The notes under the pieces were generated by a model that was not told the DNA's origin, made no database searches, and saw only the letters and a program-made list of their open reading frames with translations. Shown one piece after another: positions 46,012-54,502 of a stretch of 64,000 bases of DNA; positions within the stretch are counted from its first letter, which is position 1; each line of letters opens with the position of its first letter. Source of the stretch: a virus; IMG/VR virus record IMGVR_UViG_3300036860_000514, positions 8,038-72,037 of that record; one strand, given 5' to 3'. Both the position numbers and the translations under genes were made by a program.

Positions 46012-48064
46012 GCGACCGCTGGTCTTTCTCGGCTTGCTACTTAGCAACCTTTACTTGCTAGTTGACAACTCCCTCGCGCAACAGCCGGTGCGGGTCTTAC
46101 TCACGACGCCGCAGGGCGCGGACGCCGGGACGAGTACCGATCCGGTCACGATCACCTGCATCTCTGGCTGTGGATCGCCGCCCGCGACCCCCGATAACAG
46201 TGTGTTTACGGGAGGCACGACGAGTGTCTCCCCCTTCGCCGCCTTGTTCGACACGACGCCCCCAACGATCACGGATGGGAACTACGGCATCCCGCGCATG
46301 GATAGTAGTCGCTATCTGTTCACCGTCTTTCCCAGCGCTCAGCACATCATCTGCGATTCAGGGTGTGGAGCAAGCTCATTTCCGGATAATAGTGCATTTA
46401 CATTCGGAACTACCAGTGTCACGGTTGGGGCGGGTGTATTAGATGATGTATCGCCTAATGCTGCTACAGAGAATAGTGCGGCCGCATTCAGGATATCGTC
46501 TAATCGAATGCAATTATTTCAGCTAGCCGATGGTGATGGAAACGAGAGACGTGCATTCGTCAACTCTGATAATCAGCTAGAAGTCAGAGTAGGTAACGTC
46601 GCCTCTGATAGCGTCAAAATAGATGTGGTCCGATGGGGTGGAGCTACTCCATCGGGGGCTATTGCTGGCCCTCAAACTGATGCACAACCCAACACTCATG
46701 CCTTACCTCCTATGGCTGGATTTGGATTCCTCTTCAATGGGACCAGTTGGGATAGATGGCGTAGTGTGGTCAATGGGGCTAATTCAGTTGGAACTGGAAT
46801 AGCTGCTGCTGGATTAGTTGGTCAATTTGATGATACGACTCCCACATCAATCACCGAGAATCAATTCGGTAATTTGCGAATAAGTGCGAACAGGAATCTG
46901 TTTGGCACCATTCGAGATGCTGCGGGGAATGAACGCGGAGCGAACGTCACGGCGGCTAACGCTCTTGTCGTCGATGGATCTGCGACCACGCAACCGGTTT
47001 CTGGGACCGTCACGGCGAATCAAGGGACTCCCACGAATTGGGCAATGAACGTGGCTCAGTGGGGGGCGTCAAACGTCGCAGCGGCTGCCGTTCCTATCGA
47101 TGATATGTCGAACTCTTTCGCGCTTCCAAAGGTGGTTGCCTACAATGCTGTATTTGATGGGTCTACCTGGGATCGTCTTCTAGAGGCCGCGCACGCGTTA
47201 AATTCGACTGGGACGGGGATCCCCACGGCACAGATCGTAGGGCAGTTTGATAACGTATCCCCAACCACAATTACCGAAGATCAATTCGGTAATCTGCGAA
47301 TGTCGGCGAATCGTAACTTGTTTACGACGCTGCGTGATGCGGCCGGCAACGAGCGTGGGGTCAACGTCACGGCCGCCAACGCCCTCGTCACGGATGGATC
47401 CGCCGTCACACAGCCCGTGAGCGGGACGGTCACCGCGAATCAAGGCACGGCGAATGCGACACCCTGGAACATGAACCTGGCTCAGGTGGCGGGGACCACT
47501 ACAGTTACCGCCGCCGCAGGTGTCCAGAGGGTCGGGATCGTCGGCAACGCCAATGCGGCCTTTGACGCCGCGAACAATGCGGCGGCGCCGGCGAATGTTC
47601 TGGTTCCTGGCGTCGAGGTCATCGCGCAGGGATCCCAACCGACCGCTGCGAGCGCCGGGAACGTGCGACGAGTGCTGGCCACGACTGAGGGTGTGCAGTT
47701 TGTACAGGAAGGCTCGTCGAACCGCTTTTCGTGTTTTGTCCAGGCTGTCACAGCCACGACGCAATGTCAGGCCGCACCAGGTGCAGGTCTACGAGCCTAT
47801 GTGACCAGTGTGATGATGTCGAACCAGGCTGCGACGGTGCAAACTCTCGACATCGTCTTTGGAACTGGAACGAATTGCGCGACGGGTACCACAGCCCTAA
47901 CGCATAAGGTCCAGATGGGGACCAATGCCACGACGACCAGCCCGTTTTTCGTGCCGATGCAGTTTCAAACACCGCTGATCCCGACGGCCGCAAACGCCAT
48001 CTGTGTTCGGCCGTCCGCTGCAACGGCGTTCGGGGCGACCATTACTGGATTCATCGCTCCCTAA
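46004..48064 (+). CDS. Fibre/adhesin-like protein with signal-peptide-like N-terminus and 140-aa internal repeats
   Basis: MGKRPLVFLGLLLSNLYLLVDNSLA-QQ; duplicated GQFD..PT.ITE.QFGNLR.SANRNLF...QPVSGTVTANQGT. Confidence 0.7.
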   Translation: MGKRPLVFLGLLLSNLYLLVDNSLAQQPVRVLLTTPQGADAGTSTDPVTITCISGCGSPPATPDNSVFTGGTTSVSPFAALFDTTPPTITDGNYGIPRMDSSRYLFTVFPSAQHIICDSGCGASSFPDNSAFTFGTTSVTVGAGVLDDVSPNAATENSAAAFRISSNRMQLFQLADGDGNERRAFVNSDNQLEVRVGNVASDSVKIDVVRWGGATPSGAIAGPQTDAQPNTHALPPMAGFGFLFNGTSWDRWRSVVNGANSVGTGIAAAGLVGQFDDTTPTSITENQFGNLRISANRNLFGTIRDAAGNERGANVTAANALVVDGSATTQPVSGTVTANQGTPTNWAMNVAQWGASNVAAAAVPIDDMSNSFALPKVVAYNAVFDGSTWDRLLEAAHALNSTGTGIPTAQIVGQFDNVSPTTITEDQFGNLRMSANRNLFTTLRDAAGNERGVNVTAANALVTDGSAVTQPVSGTVTANQGTANATPWNMNLAQVAGTTTVTAAAGVQRVGIVGNANAAFDAANNAAAPANVLVPGVEVIAQGSQPTAASAGNVRRVLATTEGVQFVQEGSSNRFSCFVQAVTATTQCQAAPGAGLRAYVTSVMMSNQAATVQTLDIVFGTGTNCATGTTALTHKVQMGTNATTTSPFFVPMQFQTPLIPTAANAICVRPSAATAFGATITGFIAP
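46733..47449 (+). repeat. Internal tandem duplication, 420-nt period
   Basis: 46733-47029 vs 47153-47449 encode near-identical peptides with diverged codons. Confidence 0.85.
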
Positions 48065-48092
48065 GCGTTGATGTGTGTGAGAGGAGACCGCG

Positions 48093-48545
48093 ATGGCACG
48101 CTACATGGTGGAGGCGAACCGGACCGCTGGCACGGCCGTGACCCTCGGCACGGTCGGCGCCGATGCGACGCGCCCGCGACGAGGCAAGTGGTACGACGTG
48201 ATGATCGGATCCGAGGCGGCACCGGCGGATAACGCCTTTCTCTGGACCGTCACGCGCTGCACGGCGCTGGGGACGTCGACGAGCGTCACGCCGAGCCCGA
48301 TCGACCCGGCGGATGCCGCGACGGAGTCCGACGCCGGGGAGAATCACACGGTCGAGCCGACCTATACCGCCGGCGCGGTCATGCTCTCGATCCCGCTGAA
48401 TCAGCGGTCGACGTTCCGCTGGATGGCGGCCTTTCCCGGCGCGGAGATCGTCTACCCCGCGACGGCGGCAAACGGGTTCGGGATTCGAACCCCAACCGCC
48501 TCCGCCGTCGCGATCACATCGACCGTCTTCTACGAAGAACAATGA
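48093..48545 (+). CDS. Virion structural protein (beta-sandwich)
   Basis: GAGGAG SD; LNQR.TFRW. Confidence 0.65.
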   Translation: MARYMVEANRTAGTAVTLGTVGADATRPRRGKWYDVMIGSEAAPADNAFLWTVTRCTALGTSTSVTPSPIDPADAATESDAGENHTVEPTYTAGAVMLSIPLNQRSTFRWMAAFPGAEIVYPATAANGFGIRTPTASAVAITSTVFYEEQ

Positions 48546-48844
48546 GCCACCGACGGCAGGGGTACGCCTTCATCCTCGATCCCGACCAGCCCATGCAGGA
48601 ATGGGATACCTGTCAGTGTGGGCACTGCCAGCGGATCATTTTTACGAAGCCGAACAGTGCGAGCACCGTCTATCTCCTCCCGCTGGCGGTGGGGCGCTGG
48701 AAAGAGGAACCCGGCGCCTTCTGCCGTGTCTGTATGCGGCCGGTCTGTTTGCCCTGTCACGATCAGGGCCGCTGTATCCCGTGGGAGAAGATGATCGAGG
48801 CGGCTGAAGATCGCGAGCGCTTTCGGCGATCGGTCGGGCTCTGA
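48542..48844 (+). CDS. Zn-finger protein
   Basis: CGHC, CRVC..PVCLPC. Confidence 0.7.
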   Translation: MSHRRQGYAFILDPDQPMQEWDTCQCGHCQRIIFTKPNSASTVYLLPLAVGRWKEEPGAFCRVCMRPVCLPCHDQGRCIPWEKMIEAAEDRERFRRSVGL

Positions 48845-49458
48845 TGCACAACTACTTCGAGGTCTCGCCGGGCATCGCCGTCGGGGTGAGCTTTCCCGAT
48901 CGGCCACAGCCATGGCCTCGTCTGCCTCGTGCGCCGTTCCTCACCCGCCCGATCACCGTCGACTGGGATCTCTCCCCAGTCCTGAGTTGGGCCCCGAGGT
49001 ATCCGACGCGCGTGTGGAGTCGTGATCCGTACTGGCGCGCGCCGCGATCCGGGTACACCGTCAGCCCTCCGGTCCCGCCGCTCATCGCCAGCGGGATGCG
49101 GTGGGAGCCCAGCTACCCCGCGCCGCGCGTGCATCAGCGCACCTATCCCGCCGCGCGCATGCCCGTCGTCGTCGGTCCATCACCGAGTGTCTTCCTCGTC
49201 GTCGCACAGCGCATGGGCTGGGCGCCGACCTATCCCGCCCCGCGGCGCTGGACGAAGCAGTACCGCACCGACTCGAGTGCCGTCGGGGCGATCACGCAGG
49301 GCCCACCAGCCACCGTCTTCCCGACGACGGGGCAGTGTGTCGAAGTGATCGACGGCACGCTCACGCGCCCGGCGCTTATCTCCGAGGGGCTGACGCAGCC
49401 GGCGCTGCTCACCCAGGCGCTAAGCCGCCCTGCCCTGATCAACGAGGCGGTGTGCTGA
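48844..49458 (+). CDS. Hypothetical Pro-rich protein with W.P.YP repeats
   Basis: WAPRYP, WEPSYP, WAPTYP. Confidence 0.6.
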   Translation: MHNYFEVSPGIAVGVSFPDRPQPWPRLPRAPFLTRPITVDWDLSPVLSWAPRYPTRVWSRDPYWRAPRSGYTVSPPVPPLIASGMRWEPSYPAPRVHQRTYPAARMPVVVGPSPSVFLVVAQRMGWAPTYPAPRRWTKQYRTDSSAVGAITQGPPATVFPTTGQCVEVIDGTLTRPALISEGLTQPALLTQALSRPALINEAVC

Positions 49459-49835
49459 TGGCGGTCGACCCCAAAGCCTTCGATGTGCTCGAGCAGGCGA
49501 CGGCCTCCTACACGGCGACCGTCGTCGGCAACGACGGCGTCACGCCCCTGCCGGCGGCGACGCTCGTCACGATGGTGCTCACGCTCTATGTGGTGAAGAC
49601 TGATGGGACGATCGGGTACGTCAACGGGCGCAACGCGCAGAATGTGTTGAACGCCAACAATGTGACCATCAGCAGCGCCGGGGCGCTCGTCTTCACCCTC
49701 CAGCCGCTTGATACGACCCTGGTCGAAGCCCTCCCCTTCGAGCGCCACATCGCGCTCTTCGAATGGACGTGGTCGGGGGGCGCCGGCAAGCACGAGGTCG
49801 TCTTCGTCGTCAAGAATCTGACCGAGGTCCCATAG
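49458..49835 (+). CDS. Virion structural protein (BppU-N-like beta fold)
   Basis: TGATG coupling; beta-rich, FEWTW. Confidence 0.55.
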   Translation: MAVDPKAFDVLEQATASYTATVVGNDGVTPLPAATLVTMVLTLYVVKTDGTIGYVNGRNAQNVLNANNVTISSAGALVFTLQPLDTTLVEALPFERHIALFEWTWSGGAGKHEVVFVVKNLTEVP

Positions 49836-49838
49836 CCC

Positions 49839-52559
49839 ATGGCCCAGTACACCGCGTACATGGGCTGGGTGATCGTCTACTTCGACCGCACGAAGTACGA
49901 TGCGGCGGTTGCGGCCTACGGCCAACGCGTCGCGGGCGCCCCCGACGCGGTGATGGCGACGCTCGGGGTCGCCGGAGGGCCGGTCGATATCGCGGCTCGC
50001 CGCGCCGCCGGCGAGTCCTATGCCTACTTCGTCTATCCCTTTTGGCCGGGGAGTGAGTTTCGGCATCCTGGCCCGTCTGGGCTCTTCGTCGATAGCGCCG
50101 TCGCCTCAACGCTGGTGCCGGGTCAGCCCAGTGCGGTCGACCCGAGTCCGCCGGATGGCCTCTTCGTCTGGGACGGGGTCCTCAGCTTTCAGGGCGGCGG
50201 AGAGGCCCCCGGGGTGCCGCCCACGCCAGGTCCGATCCGCCCCCGGCAATTCATCTGCGGCTGGGAGATGCCGGCGCAGGGCGAAGGCGGGAGCTTCTCG
50301 GGATCGGGGGGCAACGGGGTCAGTCGCGACGCCTCACGCACGATTGATGGCTACGGGTTCGCGATGCGCTCGACCACCGGCAACCGCACGCAGCAGGCCA
50401 ATGAGTTCGGCGCGTCGGCGGCCCAGTCGGTCTGGGAGCGGATCTACATCCGGCTGCGTGCCGCCCCGTCGACCAAAGAGCAGTTCTGGGCGATGAGCGG
50501 ATCGATCAGTGGCGTCGCCATGCGCGCGCGCATTCTGCCGAGCGGCGCGATCGAAGTGTTTGACGCGGGCACGGCGGGCGTCGCGGGCACGTCGGCCGCC
50601 CTCACGGTGGGCCGCTGGTACAAGGTCGACTTCGTCTGGACCTTCTCCTCGGTGAATACGCCCTCGCGCCTGGGGCGCTTCCAGCTCTATCTCGACGGCG
50701 TGCAGGTCTTTGAGTACACCTCCTCGACCAACGCCGGGATCGGGGCCTTCCAGACCCACCTGAGCTCGATTGCCGGCAACAGTGAAGGCACGAGCTTCGG
50801 CCTCGAGCTCGATGTCGACGACTGGTCCTCGATGAGCCTCGACAACGGCGTCAATCCGGGCGACATCGTGCTGCCGACGGGGATCGACTGGCTCTACGGC
50901 ACGCACATGCAATTGGTCGGCGCCGACGGCTTCGCCGCCTCGCACAACGGCGCGGCCTGGACCGGCGCGGACTGGCGGTCGACGCTGCAGAATCCCATCT
51001 CCGCGGCCGCGACGACCGCGCAGTTGACCTCGACCACCTCCGGCCCCACGCTCGCCGTCACGGTCAGCGAGGGGTTGGCGCTGCAGCAGGTGCAGCTCGG
51101 AGCCGCGGCGATGGTCGTCGGGATTCACCTCCAACGCTTCGGCAGCAATGGGCAGCTCGGCTACTCGATCGCGGGCGGCGCGCCCGTGCTCGTCGCCGAC
51201 ACGACGAACGTCGCGAGCTTCGAATGGGACAGCATGATGTACCGGCCGTCAGGGATGATCACCCCAGCGGTGATTGCCCCGGTCGAGCTCGTCCACGTCA
51301 AGGCCTCCGATACGAGTCAGGAGAAAGTCGACGCCCTCATGGCGGTCGTCGAGTACATCGGCACCTGGGAGGTCGAAGACGCCCCGTCGGGGACCTCCAC
51401 CGTTGGGCCCACCGGCCTCCACAATGCGCCGTACCCCTTTTCTGCGTGGGCGCTCGATCAGCCCCCACCGAGCTCGCCGGTCTACGTCGGCGGAGGCACC
51501 TATACCGGTAATGGGGCGGGGCAGGACGTCACCCTGCCGTGGCCCGGGCACTGGTGGCATCTGCACCGCGTCCCCGCGAGCTCGAACGATCTGTACTGGT
51601 GGCCCTCCCTCCTCGGGACGCACGAAGGCCTCGCCACGGGACATGAGCCGGCGGGGATGGTCCAGGCGCTCTACGACGGGGTCAATGCGAACCTGCGCGT
51701 GACCGGGATCGGCCCGCAGATCAACGAGAACGCCGCGAGCCTGCAGTGGATCAGCTTCATGGATCCGGGTGGGCGCTTCAACCTCACCGGCGCGCTCGCG
51801 CATGCCAATAGCGTCTCGGTCGCCGACACCGCGCTCGTCGACACCGGCTTCACGCCTGAAGCCGGGTTCTTCTTCATCGACGAGATCAACGGCTCGACCA
51901 ACCGCCTCTGGTACAAGGGCCTCGGGCACGCGGCTGACGCGGCTTCCCCGCTCGATGGGGCCGAGAACACGAGCGCCATCACCTTCTCCACCGGATCGAT
52001 TCGCACGCGTACCGTCATCCATGCGGTCAACAACGCGCAGATCGGCTATAGCCTCTGGCGCCGGAACGACGGCTCGGGCGGGAACGCCGTGCACATCGGG
52101 TTCTACACCGGCGATGGGACGGCCTCGCGTGTGATTGCCTGCGTGCTCGGCGGGCGCTACCCGATGTACGCGCTCGTGGTCCCCCACAACGCCACCTCGA
52201 TCTATCGCGATCCCTCGCACACGTCGAACAACAGCACGACGGCGACGGGGAGCACCACGACGACCGGGATCACGGCGGGTGGGGTGGACTCGATTACCGT
52301 GGGGATCACGCTGAATGCGAATGCCATTGTCTATGACGTCTTCGTCATCCCGGGCTGTTCGTCGAGCTCCTGGTCCAACGGCATCTGCTCGCTGACCGCG
52401 CCCGTCGCGGCTCCGGGGAGTCAGTACACGAGCACCACGCCAGGTGGACCGGTGGGGCCCGCCCTGCCCTCGTCGGGCGGTGGCTGTCCGACGTCGGGGT
52501 TTCCGCTGCCGGGCGCGAGTTCGGCCGCCAGCGGCTGCTCACCTCCGTTATTCTATTGA
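49839..52559 (+). CDS. Tail fibre/spike-like protein (LamG-like domain, G.YTG.G repeats)
   Basis: GRWYKVD...FQLYLDG; GTYTGNG, GFYTGDG; Ser/Thr/Gly-rich. Confidence 0.65.
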   Translation: MAQYTAYMGWVIVYFDRTKYDAAVAAYGQRVAGAPDAVMATLGVAGGPVDIAARRAAGESYAYFVYPFWPGSEFRHPGPSGLFVDSAVASTLVPGQPSAVDPSPPDGLFVWDGVLSFQGGGEAPGVPPTPGPIRPRQFICGWEMPAQGEGGSFSGSGGNGVSRDASRTIDGYGFAMRSTTGNRTQQANEFGASAAQSVWERIYIRLRAAPSTKEQFWAMSGSISGVAMRARILPSGAIEVFDAGTAGVAGTSAALTVGRWYKVDFVWTFSSVNTPSRLGRFQLYLDGVQVFEYTSSTNAGIGAFQTHLSSIAGNSEGTSFGLELDVDDWSSMSLDNGVNPGDIVLPTGIDWLYGTHMQLVGADGFAASHNGAAWTGADWRSTLQNPISAAATTAQLTSTTSGPTLAVTVSEGLALQQVQLGAAAMVVGIHLQRFGSNGQLGYSIAGGAPVLVADTTNVASFEWDSMMYRPSGMITPAVIAPVELVHVKASDTSQEKVDALMAVVEYIGTWEVEDAPSGTSTVGPTGLHNAPYPFSAWALDQPPPSSPVYVGGGTYTGNGAGQDVTLPWPGHWWHLHRVPASSNDLYWWPSLLGTHEGLATGHEPAGMVQALYDGVNANLRVTGIGPQINENAASLQWISFMDPGGRFNLTGALAHANSVSVADTALVDTGFTPEAGFFFIDEINGSTNRLWYKGLGHAADAASPLDGAENTSAITFSTGSIRTRTVIHAVNNAQIGYSLWRRNDGSGGNAVHIGFYTGDGTASRVIACVLGGRYPMYALVVPHNATSIYRDPSHTSNNSTTATGSTTTTGITAGGVDSITVGITLNANAIVYDVFVIPGCSSSSWSNGICSLTAPVAAPGSQYTSTTPGGPVGPALPSSGGGCPTSGFPLPGASSAASGCSPPLFY

Positions 52560-52565
52560 CGGGAC

Positions 52566-53291
52566 ATGGCCTACCAAGCGGTCACGCTCGAGGATCTGCG
52601 GAAGGCGATCGCCGCCAAACGGGATGGCATTCTGCAGTGGACGCCCGAGGAGGAACGGCTCGCGATCAATGAAGCCCTGCGCCTCTGGAACCTGCTGACG
52701 GGGCGCTGGCGTCGTCGCGCATCCCAGAACACCGGAGTCGGTACGGTGGAGTACACGCTGCCCTCGACGATGGTCTATGGGATGCGCGTCGTCGTCAGCG
52801 GCACCCCGCTCGCGGTCGCCTCGACGACCGAGCTCGATCTCATGCGCCCGAGCTGGCGCAGCGAGACCGTCGCCTCGGGGGGTGACGTGCCGACGGCGCC
52901 AACGGTCTGGGTCCCGATCTCGCTGCTGCGGATCGCGATCTGGCCGGCGATGAACAGCGTGGTCGTGAACGGGCTGCAGGTCGACGGCGTCTCGGCGACG
53001 CCGATCCTCTCCGAGCCAGGCGACTTCGTCGATCTCGGGCAGGAGCTCTTCGACCATCTCCTCAACCTGGTGCTGCACCTGCTGGCCTTCAAGATCGGTG
53101 GCCAGACGTGGAAGGCGACGCTCCCGGCCTTTCAGCGCTTTCTCCAGGCCGCCGCCGAGGAGAACGGCGTCCTCAAGGCGAATCAGAAATTCCGGCGCTG
53201 GGCCGGGCTGAATCGACGCGTCGATCTGCAGAAGGCCAAGGGCGAGTCGACCCAGCTCGATCTGATCGCGGGAGGCGGAGGCGTCCAGTGA
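52566..53291 (+). CDS. Phage adaptor-like protein
   Basis: WT.EE...AINEALR, EYTLPS, IWP. Confidence 0.6.
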   Translation: MAYQAVTLEDLRKAIAAKRDGILQWTPEEERLAINEALRLWNLLTGRWRRRASQNTGVGTVEYTLPSTMVYGMRVVVSGTPLAVASTTELDLMRPSWRSETVASGGDVPTAPTVWVPISLLRIAIWPAMNSVVVNGLQVDGVSATPILSEPGDFVDLGQELFDHLLNLVLHLLAFKIGGQTWKATLPAFQRFLQAAAEENGVLKANQKFRRWAGLNRRVDLQKAKGESTQLDLIAGGGGVQ

Positions 53292-53920
53292 CCGATCAAG
53301 AGCTCCTCACCGCGATCCAGTACGCGCTCGTCGAGCCCCCGGATGGCGGCTCGAGCTGGCCCTCGGGGCTCTGGACGCGCGATGAAGTGATCCAGGCGCT
53401 GAACACGCGCCAGCGGCAGCTCCTGCGCGACACGCATCTGATCGTCACCCGCACAGAGACCCCGGTGACGGCGAACACCAACCCCGTCACGCTCCCTGCG
53501 GATTGGATCGCGACGCTCGGCGGCGTGTGGCGGACCGCCGGCGGCGTGCGGACTCCGCTCTCCCCCGCCGACGCCTTCGAAGCGGATCTCGCGCTGCCGT
53601 CCTGGGAAGTCACGCCAGATATTCCGCTCGCGATCCTCGACGGGGATGAGGGCACGCTCACCCTCCGCCTCTCGCCGATCCCGGTCGCCGATGGCACGCT
53701 CGAACTCCTCTACGTCGCCCTGCCGACGGCGGCGACGGGCCACGGCGTTACCTTGTCGATGCCCGATGAATTTCTGGACGGCGTGAAATACGGGACGCTC
53801 GCGGATCTCCTCGGCGGGAAGGTGGGCCGAGCGAGTGATCCCGCGCGCGCGCAGTACTGCGAAGAGCGCTTCGGGCTGGTCGAGATGGCGGCGGAACTGA
53901 TCCTCGGGGGCTGGGCCTAG
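53288..53920 (+). CDS. Phage adaptor-like protein
   Basis: WTRDEV..ALN, LPADW, LSPIP, YG.LA. Confidence 0.6.
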   Translation: MTDQELLTAIQYALVEPPDGGSSWPSGLWTRDEVIQALNTRQRQLLRDTHLIVTRTETPVTANTNPVTLPADWIATLGGVWRTAGGVRTPLSPADAFEADLALPSWEVTPDIPLAILDGDEGTLTLRLSPIPVADGTLELLYVALPTAATGHGVTLSMPDEFLDGVKYGTLADLLGGKVGRASDPARAQYCEERFGLVEMAAELILGGWA

Positions 53921-54420
53921 CGGAGCTGCTCGGCATTTGCGCGGATCCAGGTCCGCAGGTCTTTGACGATCTGATCCGCGCAATAACTCCACGCGCCCGC
54001 GGAGAACGCGAAACTCTCTCGAGTCAACGTGCCGATGACCGGCCGGTGGTAGTCCCGGACATCCATCCGGGTGGCGATCCAGTACGTCTCGGCGGTCATC
54101 GGGGTCGTGGTGATGTCGCCAAAGAGATCGTAGGGCCGGATGCGCTGCCCGTAGGCCTGCGCGCCCACCCCGCGACCGAAGACGGTCACGACGATCAGAG
54201 CCGCCTCGCGTCGATCGACGACCGCGAACTCCTTACCCTTCGCCAGTCGCGATCGGAGATCCTTGACGGAATCGAGGATGTCCTGGTCGGCGTCGACAAA
54301 TCCACCCTTCATCGGTGCCGAGACGAAGATCGGAACCCGCCCGTTCGGTTGGCCAATCGCCGTGGATCCGAGGGGGAACAGCGCGAAACACAGGAGTAGC
54401 CGCGCTATGCGGTGTGCCAT
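53917..54420 (-). CDS. Secreted/periplasmic protein (lone antisense moron)
   Basis: Signal-like MAHRIARLLLCFALFPLGSTA; GGAGGAGG SD. Confidence 0.75.
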   Translation of the reverse strand: MAHRIARLLLCFALFPLGSTAIGQPNGRVPIFVSAPMKGGFVDADQDILDSVKDLRSRLAKGKEFAVVDRREAALIVVTVFGRGVGAQAYGQRIRPYDLFGDITTTPMTAETYWIATRMDVRDYHRPVIGTLTRESFAFSAGAWSYCADQIVKDLRTWIRANAEQLR

Positions 54421-54483
54421 CGGGGGACCTCCTCCGTTTCGAGTTTACTGACACAGCCGCCATGCTCGCTAGTACACTAGCGG

Positions 54484-54501
54484 TATGACCATAGGGTCAT
54501 A
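54484..54501. promoter_or_regulatory. Palindrome TATGACC-N4-GGTCATA (operator candidate)
   Basis: Perfect 7-bp arms between divergent starts. Confidence 0.45.
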
Positions 54502-54502
54502 G

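Noticed and set aside
46733-47449. Possible DGR template/variable repeat pair
   Set aside because: Both copies are in one ORF, differences are mostly synonymous and not adenine-specific, and no reverse transcriptase is seen in the window
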